Counted from the stretch's first letter, positions 1 through 14,642 are shown. The stretch is DNA of 64,000 nt from Eledone cirrhosa (GCA_964016885.1 OZ024758.1:19654001-19718000), one strand, 5' to 3'. Numbers and translations: made by a program. The notes: a model not told the origin generated them from the letters alone.

Positions 1-883
1 ACCGAAATGTTCAGGGGTCCTTTATTTTATATGGGAAGATTGTAGTTGTCAAGAGGATTGGTCAACATTTCTTATAAACACAATTAAGCCTATCATGGGA
101 GTGGGTGGGTGGTGGTGGTGGTGGCTGAACTCGCCTGTAGAGCAATGAGTGAGTGGGTGCAGCCGGTCAAGCGTTGAAAGTGATATCAATACAGCATATT
201 CTAAGGATTGTATATGAAATTAGGCCAGAGGAAGTAGGCGAAAAAGGATTTTGGAGAAAATAGAGGAGGGACGTTACAAGATATGTAAATCAATTTAGAT
301 GTGGAGGAAATAAAAAAAAATAAGAGGAAGATATATAAAAATATAAAATTGGATAGTAAAAAGTGATAAAAAAAACTGGGGTCTAAAGCAGCTGCTCTAT
401 TTAGTTGGTGTTGATTTTTCGGCCAATGCTATAGAATAGGTTAATAAGTTGAGAATAGAAGATACAAAATAAGAATTTTTGAAATGATAGAATTGGGTAG
501 TAAAAAGCAATACACAATCTCTGTGGTCGAACGCAGCTGCTATGATTAGTTAGTATTGCGTTTTCCGCCAGTGCTATCTTTAATTCACTAGGATGGGGGG
601 GGGGGGGCTGAGGCTACAGAGGCCCGGTGGGCTGCATCGGGGTAGGCAAAAGGGGGGAAAAAAGAAAGAGGAAGCAGATCGGGAGTGGAAGGAAGTGATA
701 GGAGGAGACAAAGGGTAGAAGAAAATAGAGAGGAAAGAAAAGAGGTACATCTACCTATGTAAGCTGGGGTTTCACCTATCTTATTCGGCAAGTGGGATGT
801 TTCAGCTATTGCCTTCCCACCCGGCTCGTTAGAGGGTTTGAGGGCGAGATAAGTCCTATGAAATCGGAGTCTACATGCGGTTA

Positions 884-923
<40 letters not shown>

Positions 924-965
924 ATTATAATCAGTTTTTTTTTCTGTTTCTTGTATCTCTCATTC

Positions 966-999
966 CTTCGATGAGAAACGAACGTTCGAAATGTTAAAG
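966..999 (+). ncRNA. Decayed hammerhead-like motif
   Basis: CTT-CGATGA (core missing one base)-GAA..TTC stem II-GAAA-TGT-TA-AAG; CTT/AAG could form stem I; lies in a short insert between TA/TG microsatellites. Confidence 0.3.
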
Positions 1000-1113
1000 C
1001 GCATTTCGTACAATATAATAAATATAACCATTGTACTACTGTGTCATTTCATGTTTCTCTTCCTTATTGCATTTTAAAATATGTGTGTGTATGCATGTGT
1101 TTGATATGTTGCT

Positions 1114-1149
<36 letters not shown>

Positions 1150-2107
1150 GGTGTAATATATATTTATATATACATTTTTTTTTATAATTGAAGATATGTA
1201 ATTACAATCAGATGTTATATATGAGGAATCAGGGACTTTACGCAGACATTTTGGTTTCTATATGAAAGATTTCTCTAAAATATTATTGTTTTTTACAATC
1301 AAATATGCATAAACATGTATTCGTAATTTAATTGTTAATGAAATAATAGTGCAGGAATTATTTGAATATAGACGATATTAATTTATTGTCCGTTTTTGTG
1401 TAAATTAATAGCTAAAATGTTTAAGGGATGATTTTCTTTAATGATAAAAAGCATTGTTTATTTAATGACATATGTCTATGAATATTTATAGTTTAAATGA
1501 AGGAATCCATTTCAATGAACATACTATAGTCTATATGCGCCAATATGTCGTAGAATCATTACATAAATATTGAAGTATATGAGCGGAGCGCTAGTAATTA
1601 ATTTGGCTAAACAGATAAAAACATACGCAAATATACATAAGCACACATTCACAACCACTAATATATATACTGGCATTAACACACACACACACACACATAT
1701 AGACATACGCACGCACATCCGTGCTTATGTATGTGTGTTGTCTCTGTATGTAGCTATGCATACATATGTGAATATATGTACGTATTAGTCTCTTGCGTAT
1801 GCAATCATCTTCTTGTCTCAACTTTTTCATTGAGGATTTCGATAAGTATTTTAATATTTTGACACGGTGTCAAATAGAATATAACATTTCTATTTCTCCC
1901 ATCTAATTAAATACATGATTAAATAAAAAAAAAAGGTGTCAACATATTAAAAATACATGTGATCGTAGTTTTATTATTTCATATATGAATGAGCGGGTTC
2001 TCTTACGATTTTAAAAACAATTTAAATTTTAAACATTGTTTCTTTGTCAGAATATACGCAGTATTTGACAGAATTAAAAAAGACAGAGTTATTTATGTTT
2101 TAGTGCA

Positions 2108-2285
2108 AATAATTGTTTCTACATTTGGTACGAGGCCAGCAATTACCTAGTGCATTACTGGTGCTTTATTTTATCGAACCCGTAAGGATGAAATATAGTT
2201 AACCTGGGTGGGATTTGAACTTAGATCATAAAGGGGAGTAAATCTGTTCTCCAAAGCATATTCCGACACTCTGCCGATACTGCCA
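2108..2285 (-). mobile_element. tRNA-headed Meta-domain-like SINE
   Basis: Reverse complement has TGGCAGTATCGG (A box), GTTCAAATCCC (B box), the central TTTCATCCTTACGGGTTCGATAAAATAAAG block and tail GTAGAAACAATTATT. A 3' fragment follows at 2293-2342. Confidence 0.85.
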
Positions 2286-2625
2286 TACTGTAAATAATTG
2301 TTTCTACTTTAGGCACAAGGCCAGCAATTACCCAGTGCATTAACTTCTCTCTGTGAGACAATATATATATTTATCTCAGTTGTAAAGACTATCTCTCTCT
2401 CTATCACCTTTCTCTATCACCTTTCTCTCCTCCTCGCTCATACTTCCTTATTATACTCCTACCCCAACATTCTTTACTCTCATCTCCTCCTCTTCCTTAC
2501 TTTTTACAACCCCCCCCCCCATCACTTTTTCCCAATCTCACACATCAATCTTAAATTATTTTTCATATGTTGATTTAAAACTTCACTATTCACAAGTGTT
2601 TTTTAAACTTCATATCATGTATCCC

Positions 2626-2696
2626 TATTGTATCTGATGAAAACGCAGATATCATCCCATGATGGCATTTGTTTTTGAAATGCGCATAATAAAATA
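2626..2696 (+). ncRNA. Type I hammerhead ribozyme, core intact
   Basis: Stem I TATTGTAT/ATAAAATA (7 of 8 pairs), CTGATGA 2634-2640, stem II AAACGCAGAT/ATTTGTTTTT capped by ATCAT-CCC-ATGAT, GAAA 2677-2680, palindrome TGCGCA, then TA (predicted cut after 2688). (TA)n starts about 40 nt downstream. Confidence 0.8.
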
Positions 2697-2724
2697 CTTG
2701 GAACTCTTTTAACCATCTTTTGAA

Positions 2725-2761
<37 letters not shown>

Positions 2762-2881
2762 GTAAATAAAAGAGAGATAATCACAGATATAAACATACAT
2801 GGCCTATTTAATTGTAAGAGACTACTTTGATTTTCTAACTCAATATATGCCCATGATATATATATATATATATATATATAT

Positions 2882-3222
2882 AACGGAGTTGTGGTAAGGA
2901 ACCAGACGGACCATAACGCACCACAGTACTCAATACTTAGGGTATTACAGTGGGTAATATGAGAAAATATGACCCCCTGTCACTTCTTTCCACCACCGAA
3001 TTTCAATTTCTTCTTTGTTCGTTTCTTTGTTTTTCCCCTTTCGCCTGCCTACCCCGAATCATCCCATCGGGTCTCTTTAACCTCAGTACCGCCACCCCAG
3101 TAACTTACATATAGCATTCGCCGATTACGTTATACTAACTATGCATAGCAGCTGTGTTAGACCCCAGAGATGTAGTATAAATAAAGTTAGATGATAAAAA
3201 TTAAAAAGAGTCATACTTTCTC
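2882..3222 (-). mobile_element. Short TA-flanked element, family shared with 7337, 35241 and 52308
   Basis: GTGGTAAGGAACCAGACGGACCATAACGCACCA..TACTCAATACTT recurs in the other copies; (TA)n on both sides; the right end carries a short inverted copy (GTCATACTTTCTC). Confidence 0.6.
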
Positions 3223-3235
3223 CTATATAAATATA

Positions 3236-3294
<59 letters not shown>

Positions 3295-4780
3295 GGAATA
3301 TCTATTATCGTGACCACAATCCGTTCATGGTATTTGAATTTAACGAATTTGATAGAATATAATAGGCCTGGATGAAATGTTTTGCCTTTCTCACCAGGCC
3401 ATTTATTCTACATATATATTAAATGTAATGTGCATATTGAAATCCTAGAAAGTTATTAATTATACCGGAAGTCTCTATACTAAAACAACTTTATTTCTCC
3501 GGGAATTTTAACGGGAAATATTTCATGCTCAAGTCCATTGAATCAATAAAATGTATATGGCCTTCCATTTTGAATTGACCTCTACCGTTTAAGTCCGCAG
3601 GCCTTTGATACCATATTTATAAATGTATTTGCCATTAATTGATAATCTCACACTTCAAATGTACATTTACTTTACATTACGTATATATGCTATTGTTTAA
3701 ACATAACAATGGAATTATACTTGACATTGCTTGACTTTCTAATATAAATTATGAAATATAATTAGACATGGTCAAAGTATTGTTGCGAGTGAATTACCAT
3801 GTACATGTGTTTCCTGGATAATACGATTACCAAACATCATCCAAAGAGACAATATACTGCATTTCCTTAGTTGGCTTCTGTAATAATTTATAAGGGAATC
3901 ACTTAAATAGAAGCAAGACATATAGATTGAGGAGAAGCATATTGTCAACTGCGACCCGCTATGCAAAGGAAGTCAAAGAACTGCTGGGGATTGTCCGGCC
4001 ACTTCATCGTCACACCAGTCACATTAGAGACCTCAGGCTTACACGAACTCCATAATGCCGAGCTCCACTAAAACATCAGAACTTCAGCAGCTCGTCTGAT
4101 GAGTTAGCTCCGAGAGGTGGGGTGACTGGTGCCGTATTTTCCGTTGGGTGGAGACCCAACACTTTTAATGACATTCACCTAAAGCTCATCACCATCATCC
4201 CACGTCCCATTATTCTGTGACCCTAGAGCCCGCTTCATTCCGTTTCCATTTTTGAATTTCTTCAAAAATATTTTTCCATCATTTTTGTTTTTTTCATTAA
4301 ATTCGAAATCGTAATGAAATAAAACGATTATAAGGAAATATTTCACTGAATGAAAGAATAATAGCGTGTATGGTACAAACCACTCAACAAATCAGAGGCA
4401 TTTCTGTCATTGTCCAAGTGGAATGAAAGAATCATTAACTATATTATATTAAAGTAAACACCATATTAATTTCAGGGTAATAAATTTCAAATATAAAAGC
4501 CACCTAACATATCAATAGTTAAATTAATGTTAACATTATTCGGAATTATTTAATAAACCACAAATCAGAATGTGCTATTTCTATTGGCGTTAAATATATG
4601 ATCGTGTCCGATATTTGAATGAATAGGACGGCAGTTTGTCGCATGTTCCAAACCAGCTGATATTGAAACAGCTTTATTGCTGCTGAGAAAAAATAAGACC
4701 AGATGTTGAAAAGATCATATCATCTTTGAAAAAGAACATCTCATCTCTGAAATATAATACTCTAAAAAGGATAGTGGCAC

Positions 4781-4895
4781 GTTATTTTATCGACTACGAA
4801 AGGATAAAAGGAAAATTCATCCTCGGTGGGATTTGAACTCATAGAGCAGGAACGAATAGCGTAAAGCATTCTATCCGACGTTCAAATGACTCTGA
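4781..4895 (-). mobile_element. Diverged SINE copy
   Basis: TTATTTTATCGAC..AAGGATAAAAGG..CCTCGGTGGGATTTGAACTC matches the SINE core and B box. Confidence 0.65.
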
Positions 4896-6353
4896 ATGAT
4901 TAATATAAATTGTTATGGCAAAACTATTTATAGGAAAATTTCGCATGATACTCGTTGTACCTCAGACCTCGGGGTTACATCAACAGCCTTTAGAAATGGT
5001 TCTATAAATAATGTTGCGATAGAAATGTAATCGATCATTAATATTATTAAATTTAGATTATTAATCATACCAGCAAGGACAGATGACACATTCAGGCACG
5101 TTTATGATTCACAGAAATCACTTGATAATTCCATGTTACTTAAATACACGTTTGCAAATATATTAAGGTAACAGAAGCTTAGAATTACGTGTGTATCTAT
5201 ATATATATACATATATGTGTATATATATATGTGTGTATATATACGTATATGTGTATAATTTGTATATGTGTATCTATTGTATGATATAGGAAGTAGTGGT
5301 TTAGACGTTTGCCCTATTATATTTATTACTTAATCTATGTAAAACGTATTTCAATTGTATATATATATATATATATATATAATATGTGATCATACTTTTT
5401 CCAGACCGTTTAATATGGTACCAGTACGTTTAACACATACTAGTGTGATAATACCATATCGGCAAATTTATTTTACCTATTTGTTCCATATATTATTTCG
5501 ATGTACATACGTAGACGACGCTGCACTAGGGAGGCGCTGAGTAATATAAGGTTGATTATTTCATTTGTTGCTTCCTTGGTCATTGTAACATAGAGATAAC
5601 TTATTCTACACAATGATTGTTTCGGTAATTATATTAGCCCTAAGCTTTTCAATGTCTCCTATTATTATAAATGCCAATTGAGAAATAAGAAATAACCTCA
5701 ATGGGAATAAATTAGAGAGTGGTTGCCAAGTGAATATATAGCTTCATATCAAACATTAATAATAATTTCAGAATCGTGATTCCCGCATTTTTTAAAGGGA
5801 TCATTTATTTGCTGTAAAGAAAACAGCTACCTCTTTAGGCTTTCACCATTTAATGACATATTAATATGTTATAACATTTATAATATTTATTTCAAATACA
5901 TAATCTCTCCATTAGTTGCTAAGTGCTATTAACCCTCCAGTGCCAATTGCCGAATCATGAACGTAACATTCATGAATTGGTTTAAGGAAGTATAAGGAGA
6001 ACGTAATTAGTTTCCGGTGTCGTAACAATAATTATAACAACGAAAACCATAACAACAATAATAATAGCATAAACTAAAATTATTCAGATATTTTATTTTT
6101 GTTGACACTATAATGTTCAAATCACTAATTGCCTATAACATTTATGCAGATAAATGTGTAAATTTGAATCTTGGGGCTATACAATTTTAGAACACGTGGT
6201 ATACATGTTTTGCCGATCCTTAACATACGAAAGAGGGATATTGAAAATATGAAATACTAGTTCTTGTTTTCTCGTTCAAATGTTATAGTCTTCTCAAATA
6301 TGACTCGCCTAAGGAAAAATACACACTAACACTCACGCAGATAGATATATACG

Positions 6354-6440
<87 letters not shown>

Positions 6441-6442
<2 letters not shown>

Positions 6443-6659
6443 GAAATGACAGGAGGCTGGATTTGTGTAAATCCTTGAAAGGTTTATTATACTATGATCA
6501 TTTCAATGACCGGGTTCCGTATGTATCCGGTGATATCATCAGGTATTCGAAATACAATATGTGAATGTAATAGATACAATCCATGGGTGGGGCAGAAATG
6601 ATCATAGTATAATAAACCTTTCAAGGATTTACACAAATCCAGCCTCCTGTCATTTCATT
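6441..6659 (-). mobile_element. HHR-bearing short element with 5' inversion, abutting (TA)n
   Basis: Perfect inverted repeat of about 64 bp, 6441-6504 / 6595-6658; the 3' end in HHR orientation joins the (TA)n at about 6357-6440. Confidence 0.75.
6489..6546 (-). ncRNA. Type I hammerhead ribozyme
   Basis: Minus strand reads ATAC-CTGATGA-[TATCACCGG..CCGGTCATT]-GAAA-TGATCA (palindrome)-TA-GTAT. Stem I ATAC/GTAT; stem II has two mismatches at its base. Confidence 0.75.
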
Positions 6660-6943
6660 ATAATATTTAACTCCGTAATAGCACCACCAACTACGAAAAC
6701 AAAGACGGTTGAACTGCTTTACGTTGAGTACTATCTATATTATTACATTACGATTGACCATACGGAATAGACCAGTGCTATACAGTGGTGAACCTCAAAA
6801 CTAAATATTTATATATATATAAACAATTAGTTATTTGGTTTGTTAATTTACAACACATTAGTACGTATAATAAAATAAATATAGTTTTATAAAGATATTT
6901 TCCATTTATTAGTATTATTGATAGTATATATATATATATATAT

Positions 6944-7140
6944 ACGGTGTCCCGAAAATGTATACATACTTTGAAACCTGTACAGACGATTTTTATTCGA
7001 ATGCTGTTGAAGTATGAATACATTTTTGAGTAGTTGCATGTAACTAAAATTGACAATATATTTCTGCATAAACGTTGTCATATATTGCTGCATCAACAGC
7101 GGCTGATTATCTGAAATACCGTTAACCCTCACCACCAACC
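6944..7140. mobile_element. Possible Tc1/mariner-type terminal fragment
   Basis: Starts TA|CGGTGTCCCGAAAA after TA repeats, resembling TA|CAGGGTGTCCC ends; no partner end or transposase seen. Confidence 0.3.
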
Positions 7141-7304
7141 GTAAGCATTTGGTAAACCATCAGCATTTAGAGACATACTTGCGTAGCACCAAATACTTCA
7201 ATTCACTATTGTGATATCATTGTGATTTGATATTCCAGGTAGATGCACTAAGATTATACTGCTTCAGTATAAATGTATATATATTCATGTGTGAATGCAG
7301 GTAC

Positions 7305-7336
<32 letters not shown>

Positions 7337-7338
<2 letters not shown>

Positions 7339-7462
7339 GAAATAGCAGTCGAAATGCCTTCAGCTCTGCCGTCGGGGCCAAATATTTTCCTATTATCCAC
7401 CGTACAAGTATTGAGTACTCTGGTGCGCTATGTTCCATCTGGTATCTTACCACACCTCCTTC

Positions 7463-7466
<4 letters not shown>
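7337..7466 (+). mobile_element. 5'-truncated copy of the 2882/35241/52308 family
   Basis: GAAATAGCAGTCGAAATGCCTTCAGCTCTGCCGTCGGGG..AAGTATTGAGTACTCTGGTGCG..CTTACCACA between two (TA)n tracts. Confidence 0.65.
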
Positions 7467-7509
<43 letters not shown>

Positions 7510-9117
7510 GTGTGTGTTTGTGTGAGTTGAATGTGTAAGTTTGTAATACATATTATAACACAGAGGTTCCTTGTGAATAATCATTTCCACACAACTATCA
7601 CATATGAATAGAAGTGTATTCAGCATTTACAATTTGATTGTATCAGTTGATTGTTGACGGCAAATATCTTATATACGAACTTGCATACATATAAACCTAT
7701 ACTCTAAAACATATTGATATCTATGTTAATCTCCTCCCAATAACTGTATTTTAATTCACAAGGGAGTTGCACAGACAAGAAAGCAGATATTAAAGCAAAA
7801 CAGAGACACTTGTAGGTTTATGTGGGTATGTTCCTTTTTACATGCATCTCTTTAGTTTATATTGTTATATACTGTATTGGGCGAATATAAATAGGATTGA
7901 GAGAGAAATGGAAACGAGTAAGAAACATCAAATTGATATATGTAACAATAAATGCTAACTAAAATCAGTAATTATAGAAATATATTCGAGTATTATATTG
8001 CGTTAGACCTAAGTCTGAGAACGGTAAGATTAATATGTTTCTCTCAAATATTTTTCATTACCGACAGCAAGTAAAATAAAATCGCTGTTAGGTCAATGGA
8101 ATATATTTTCTTATAGGTAAAAACAATGATAAATATTATAGTTTAATGTTTAAACATTAATATCAATCATGTTTATCGCTGGTTCTTGATAATACCTCTT
8201 TCCGTTTAGAGATTGTGTGATATGCAATACAATTCTACAAACTACATGCTGAAATTTAATAGAATATATAAGATATTTTGAATTCTGAAGATGTTAAATT
8301 ATCAATCCGAACGCAGGAAAACCCTAATAAATACATCATAAGTAACCAACATATATCATTAAACATATATAATCCAGATAATTATACATACATACGACCT
8401 GGGCGCGCGCGAAAATGCACGCAGGCACGCAATAAAATATGATTATACCGTATTTTACTAAATAGTTAGTATTTTTAGTTGGGATTTTGAAAATGCTTCT
8501 GAATGGAAAAAATGATGATTATGGACACACATGGGACAGGAACCCACTTCTTAGGTTTGTAGGACCAATGTGCTACCGTAACAAAATCTATCTATGTATA
8601 TATATATTATATATATCAGAAAATTAACACAGGGAGGACAAGACAACGAACGTAAATAAAGCAAAACCGAAAAAGAAATTTCAAAATATAAATATACAAA
8701 CGGACACAGAAGTTCATGGTTATATATATATATATATATATCCGTATGTGCGTGATGGTATTAACACAAGTATTTATAATGAATATAAATTTAATCTGTA
8801 TCAATTAAACGTTGTGTCGAAAAAATTACGTAATTCAAAACGAATAATTAACAACGAAAAGTCTATTAATTAGACAAATTATACAAATAACACATAATGT
8901 AAACAAAAACCACACAAAGTTATACATGTCGTGGACATAAATCATGAATTAAGAGAAAAAAGTATTTAAAAAAATAATTCATAAGATCGCAATCTAGTTT
9001 AAAAGAAGGAAAAAAATCGATTATAAAAATAATCAAATTCAATGAGAATTGCAGACAATAATCTGTCCGACAGGGCCGCGGGGCATCTACTGCTTCTGCT
9101 TCCATTTGCTTATAATA

Positions 9118-9310
9118 TTTATTTCTACTTTTGGCACAGGGCCAGCAATTAATCCAGTGCATTACTGGTACTTTATTTCATCGAGCCCGTAAGGATGAAA
9201 GGCAAAGATAACCTCGGCGGGATCTGAGTTCAAATCCCGCCGAGGTTAACTTTGCCTTGCATCCTTACGAGGTCGATAAAATAAAGTACCAGTGATGCAC
9301 TGAGTTAATA
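9118..9310. mobile_element. Two headless SINE halves fused head-to-head (palindrome)
   Basis: Minus-strand SINE body to 9223 runs into a plus-strand body starting at the B box (TCTGAGTTCAAATCCCGCCGAGG); arms about 9149-9223 / 9233-9309. Confidence 0.8.
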
Positions 9311-10289
9311 GTGAGAGTTGGAGAGAGCAGGAGAAACGGTCGGAGTTTGGTTCCCTTGTGTTTGGACAGTGTGTATATGCTTCACGGAAACATACTCACA
9401 ATGAAACAGTGACAGCGGGTGTTTGCTTCCTTTGTATTTAGACCTGGTGTATATATATGTATTTTGCAGACACACATTCACATTGAGGCAACATAATATG
9501 GCATTTACTCATACAATCCATTACATGATGTTTGGAATTTTAAAGTAGATATTTAAGTTCAAATTATATGGAGGATTTTTCTATGCACAATTGAAAGAAT
9601 TTTGAAACAATATATCACACTAAGAAAATATAAACATACCTTTAAACACATATATTCCATAATACGTACTGAATATAAAGTATTAAAAAAGTAGCCTCCC
9701 CATAAGTTATCTAGTAGTAGAGAGAATTGGCAGTTACTAGATTAAGTGCTGGTTGTATCACTGAATTAGTTTTATTGAAAATATATATGCAACTTGAAAC
9801 TAAAAAAAAAGAAAATAGAAGGAAAATGTATATCCCTTATTATTATTCAACAATCATTGAAATCCTCAAATAAACAATAACACAATTTACACGTCCCATG
9901 ACATATACTGTTTAATAAATGTCTGATTATCTCCCTACACCATATCAGCCCAGACATGTTGTCACTGTTGCTACTTGAGAAAAATACATATACAAACACA
10001 ATGTGATAATACATGGAGTAATACATTCAAGAAAATTCTTAGTTACATTGATCAAATAATTCTTTCGAAAAAGCCAGCACATTAATAAATAGTAAATATT
10101 TACTAAATGAGAAATTTAAACAATATCTGCTTCCAAACAATAAATGATTCGAAATATGCGAGAGTAAAAGATACAAAAGAAAAAAATTGAATCAACAATG
10201 TATTTCGTAGAACATTTGATTTCCTCACCATATTTACTTATAAGTATAAATCTGTGTGCATATGTATGCATTTAGGCAGGCATGTGCAT

Positions 10290-10329
10290 ATTTATATATA
10301 TATACATATTATATATATATATATATATA

Positions 10330-10384
<55 letters not shown>

Positions 10385-10517
10385 ATATATATATATATAT
10401 ATTGTATATATCTATATATATATTATCTATATATATATATATTATATATATATATATATATTGTATATATCTATATATATATTGTATATATATATATATA
10501 TTTATATTATATATATC

Positions 10518-10549
<32 letters not shown>

Positions 10550-10737
10550 ATATTATATATATATATATATTATATATATATATATATTATATATATATAT
10601 ATTATATATATATCTATATATATATATAATATATATGTATGTTATATATTATATATATTATATATATATATTATATTATATATATATATGTTTATATTAT
10701 ATATATCTATATATATATATTATATATATATATATAT

Positions 10738-10769
<32 letters not shown>

Positions 10770-12112
10770 ATATATATTATATATATATATAATATATATG
10801 TATGTTATATATATATCTATATATATATATATATAATATATATGTATGTTATATATTATATATATTATATATATATATTATATTATATATATGTATGTTA
10901 TATATTATATATATTATATATATATATTATATTATATATATTATATATATATATTATATATATATATTATATATATATATATTATATATATATATTATAT
11001 ATATATATTATATATATATATATTATATATATATATTATATATATATATTATATTATATATATATTATATATATATATTATATTATATATATTTATGTTA
11101 TATATTATATATATTATATATATATATTATATTATATATATTATATATTATATTATATATATTATATATATATATTATATATATATATTATATATATATA
11201 TATTATATATATATATTATATTATATATATTATATATATATATATTATATATTATATATATATTATATATATATATATTATATATATATATTATATATTA
11301 TATATATATTATATATATTATATATATATATATATTATATATATTATATATATATATTATATTATATATATTATATATATATATATTATATATATTATAT
11401 ATATTATATTATATTATATATATATTATATATATTATATTATATATATAATATATATATTATATTGTATATATATTATATATATTATATTATATATATAT
11501 TATATATATTATATTATATATATATTATATATATTATATTATATATATATATATTATATTATATATATATTATATATATTATATTATATATATATATATA
11601 TATTATATATATTATATATATTATATTATATATATTATATATATTATATTATATATATTATATATATTATATTATATATATTATATATATTATATATATT
11701 ATATAATATATCTTATATTATATAATATATATTATATATATATATATTATATATATATATTATATATATTATATATTATATATATTGTATATATATTTAT
11801 ATTTTATATATATATTATATATATTATATATTATATATATTGTATATATATTTATATTTTATATATATATTATATATATTACATATATATATTATATATA
11901 TATTTATATTTTATATATATATTATATATATATATATTATATATATATATTTTATATATATATTATATATATATTATATTATATATTATATATATATATT
12001 ATATATATATATTATATATTATATTATATATATATTATATATTATATATATATATTATATATATATATTATATATATATATTATATATATATATTATATA
12101 TATATTATATAT

Positions 12113-12145
<33 letters not shown>

Positions 12146-12264
12146 ATATATATATATTATATATACATATTATATATTATATATATATAATATATCATAT
12201 ATATATATATATTATATATATATATTATATATTATATATATATATATTATATATATATATATTA
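10290..12264. repeat. Interrupted (TA)n/(TAT)n array, about 2 kb
   Basis: Direct inspection; it generates the spurious Ile/Tyr ORFs. Confidence 0.97.
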
Positions 12265-12450
12265 TCTATATATATAAAACTGAGGTCGTCTGTCTGTCTA
12301 AAACCTTCGGCACACATCTCCTCTTAAACTGTACGTTCAAATTTCGGTGAAATTGCTACACTTATAGATGAAGGTCCGGCGGAACCATCGGTCAAATACA
12401 TTTTCAAATTGTTTTTGATTGGAGTCGTTAGCCTAATATTCTATTTAAAA
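12265..12450 (+). mobile_element. Non-autonomous Helitron-like 5' fragment
   Basis: A|TCTATATATATAAAACTGAGG..GTCTGTCTGTCT start; TCGGCACACATCTCCTC..GTACGTTCAAATTTC..GAAATTGCTACACTTATA is shared, inverted, with 54570-54630. Confidence 0.55.
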
Positions 12451-12527
12451 TAACCGAATGATTTCCAGCCCCGGAGTTTAAGAATGATGTAAATAAAATT
12501 GTAAACGAAAATGACAGGTTATTAAAA

Positions 12528-12648
12528 TAGTTGTTTCTACGTTTGGCACAAGGCCAGCAATTAAACAGTACATTACTGGTACTTTATTTTATCGACCCCG
12601 TAAAGATGAAAGGCAAAGTTAACCTCGACGGGATTTTAACTTTGCCTT
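12528..12648 (-). mobile_element. Headless SINE with short fold-back
   Basis: SINE tail and core up to the B-box edge, then TTAACTTTGCCTT, the reverse complement of the preceding AAGGCAAAGTTAA. Confidence 0.75.
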
Positions 12649-12877
12649 AACATAGTAAAAATAAATAGTGAAGATTTAGGCCAGTACATACGTATGCACC
12701 GACGAACATACACATACTTATACATACGCGCACACAAATACATACACACACACACACACGTGCGCGTGCGCGCGTGTATGTAAACCTTATGCATTTCTAC
12801 AGTATTTTCACCAAACTTCAGACATAGGTTACTCATGTACTCCTGATTGTCATGGACACTTTCATTTTTCCAAATAT

Positions 12878-13077
12878 NNNNNNNNNNNNNNNNNNNNNNN
12901 NNNNNNNNNNNNNNNNNNNNNNNNNNNNNNNNNNNNNNNNNNNNNNNNNNNNNNNNNNNNNNNNNNNNNNNNNNNNNNNNNNNNNNNNNNNNNNNNNNNN
13001 NNNNNNNNNNNNNNNNNNNNNNNNNNNNNNNNNNNNNNNNNNNNNNNNNNNNNNNNNNNNNNNNNNNNNNNNNNNNN
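12878..13077. other. Assembly gap (200 N)
   Basis: Run of exactly 200 N; a round value suggests a placeholder size. Confidence 0.99.
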
Positions 13078-13630
13078 TATATATTATTATATATCTATTA
13101 TTATATATATTATTATATATATATTATTATATATATATTAAATATATATTATTATATATATATTATATATATATATATTATTATATATTATATATATATA
13201 TATTATTATATATATATTATATATATATTATATATATATTATATATATATATTATTATATATATATTATTATACATATATTATTATATATATATTATATA
13301 TATATATTATTATATATTATATATATATATTATTATATATATATTATTATATATATTATTATATATATATTATATATATATATTATTATATATATATTAT
13401 TATACATATATTATTATATATATATTATTATATATATATTATTATACATATATTATTATATATATATTATATATATATATTATTATATATATATTATATA
13501 TATATATTATTATATATATATTATTATATATATATTATATATATATATTATTATATATATATTATTATATATATATATTATATATATATTATTATATATA
13601 TATTATATATTATATATATATATATATATA

Positions 13631-13668
<38 letters not shown>

Positions 13669-13831
13669 TTTATATTATATATATATATTATATATATATA
13701 TTATATATATATATATATATTATATATATATATATTATATATATATATATTATATATATATTATATATATTATATATATTATATATATATATATATTATA
13801 TATATTATATATATTATATATATATATATAT

Positions 13832-13894
<63 letters not shown>

Positions 13895-13955
13895 ATATTA
13901 TATATATATATATATATTATATATATATATATTATATATATATATATTATATATA

Positions 13956-14011
<56 letters not shown>

Positions 14012-14490
14012 ATATTATATATATTATATATATTATATATATATATATTATTATATATATATATTATATATTATTATACATATATATATATATATATTAT
14101 ATATATATATATATATTATATATATATATATATATTATATATATATATATATATTATATATATATATATAATATATTATATATATATATATATATTATAT
14201 ATATATATATAATATATTATATATATAAATATATATTATATATATATATATAATTTATTATATATATATATTATATATATATATATTATATATATATATA
14301 TAATATATTATATATATATATATATATTATATATATATATATAATATATTATATATATAAATATATATATTATATATATATATATAATTTATTATATATA
14401 TATATTATATATATATATATTATATATATATATATAATATATAATATATTATATATATATATTATATATATATATATTATATATATATAT

Positions 14491-14522
<32 letters not shown>

Positions 14523-14523
14523 A

Positions 14524-14563
<40 letters not shown>

Positions 14564-14570
14564 ATATATA

Positions 14571-14615
<45 letters not shown>

Positions 14616-14642
14616 ATATATATTATATATATATATATATAT

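Noticed and set aside
4096-4115. CTGATGA hammerhead core
   Set aside because: No stem II followed by GAAA. Lone cores near 8284, 18734, 21683, 27830, 30671, 45198 and 49229 were rejected for the same reason.
3925-4230. GC-richer island, possible exon or Gypsy RT-RNase H linker (KEVKELLGIV)
   Set aside because: Stops in all frames read and the similarity is too short to support.
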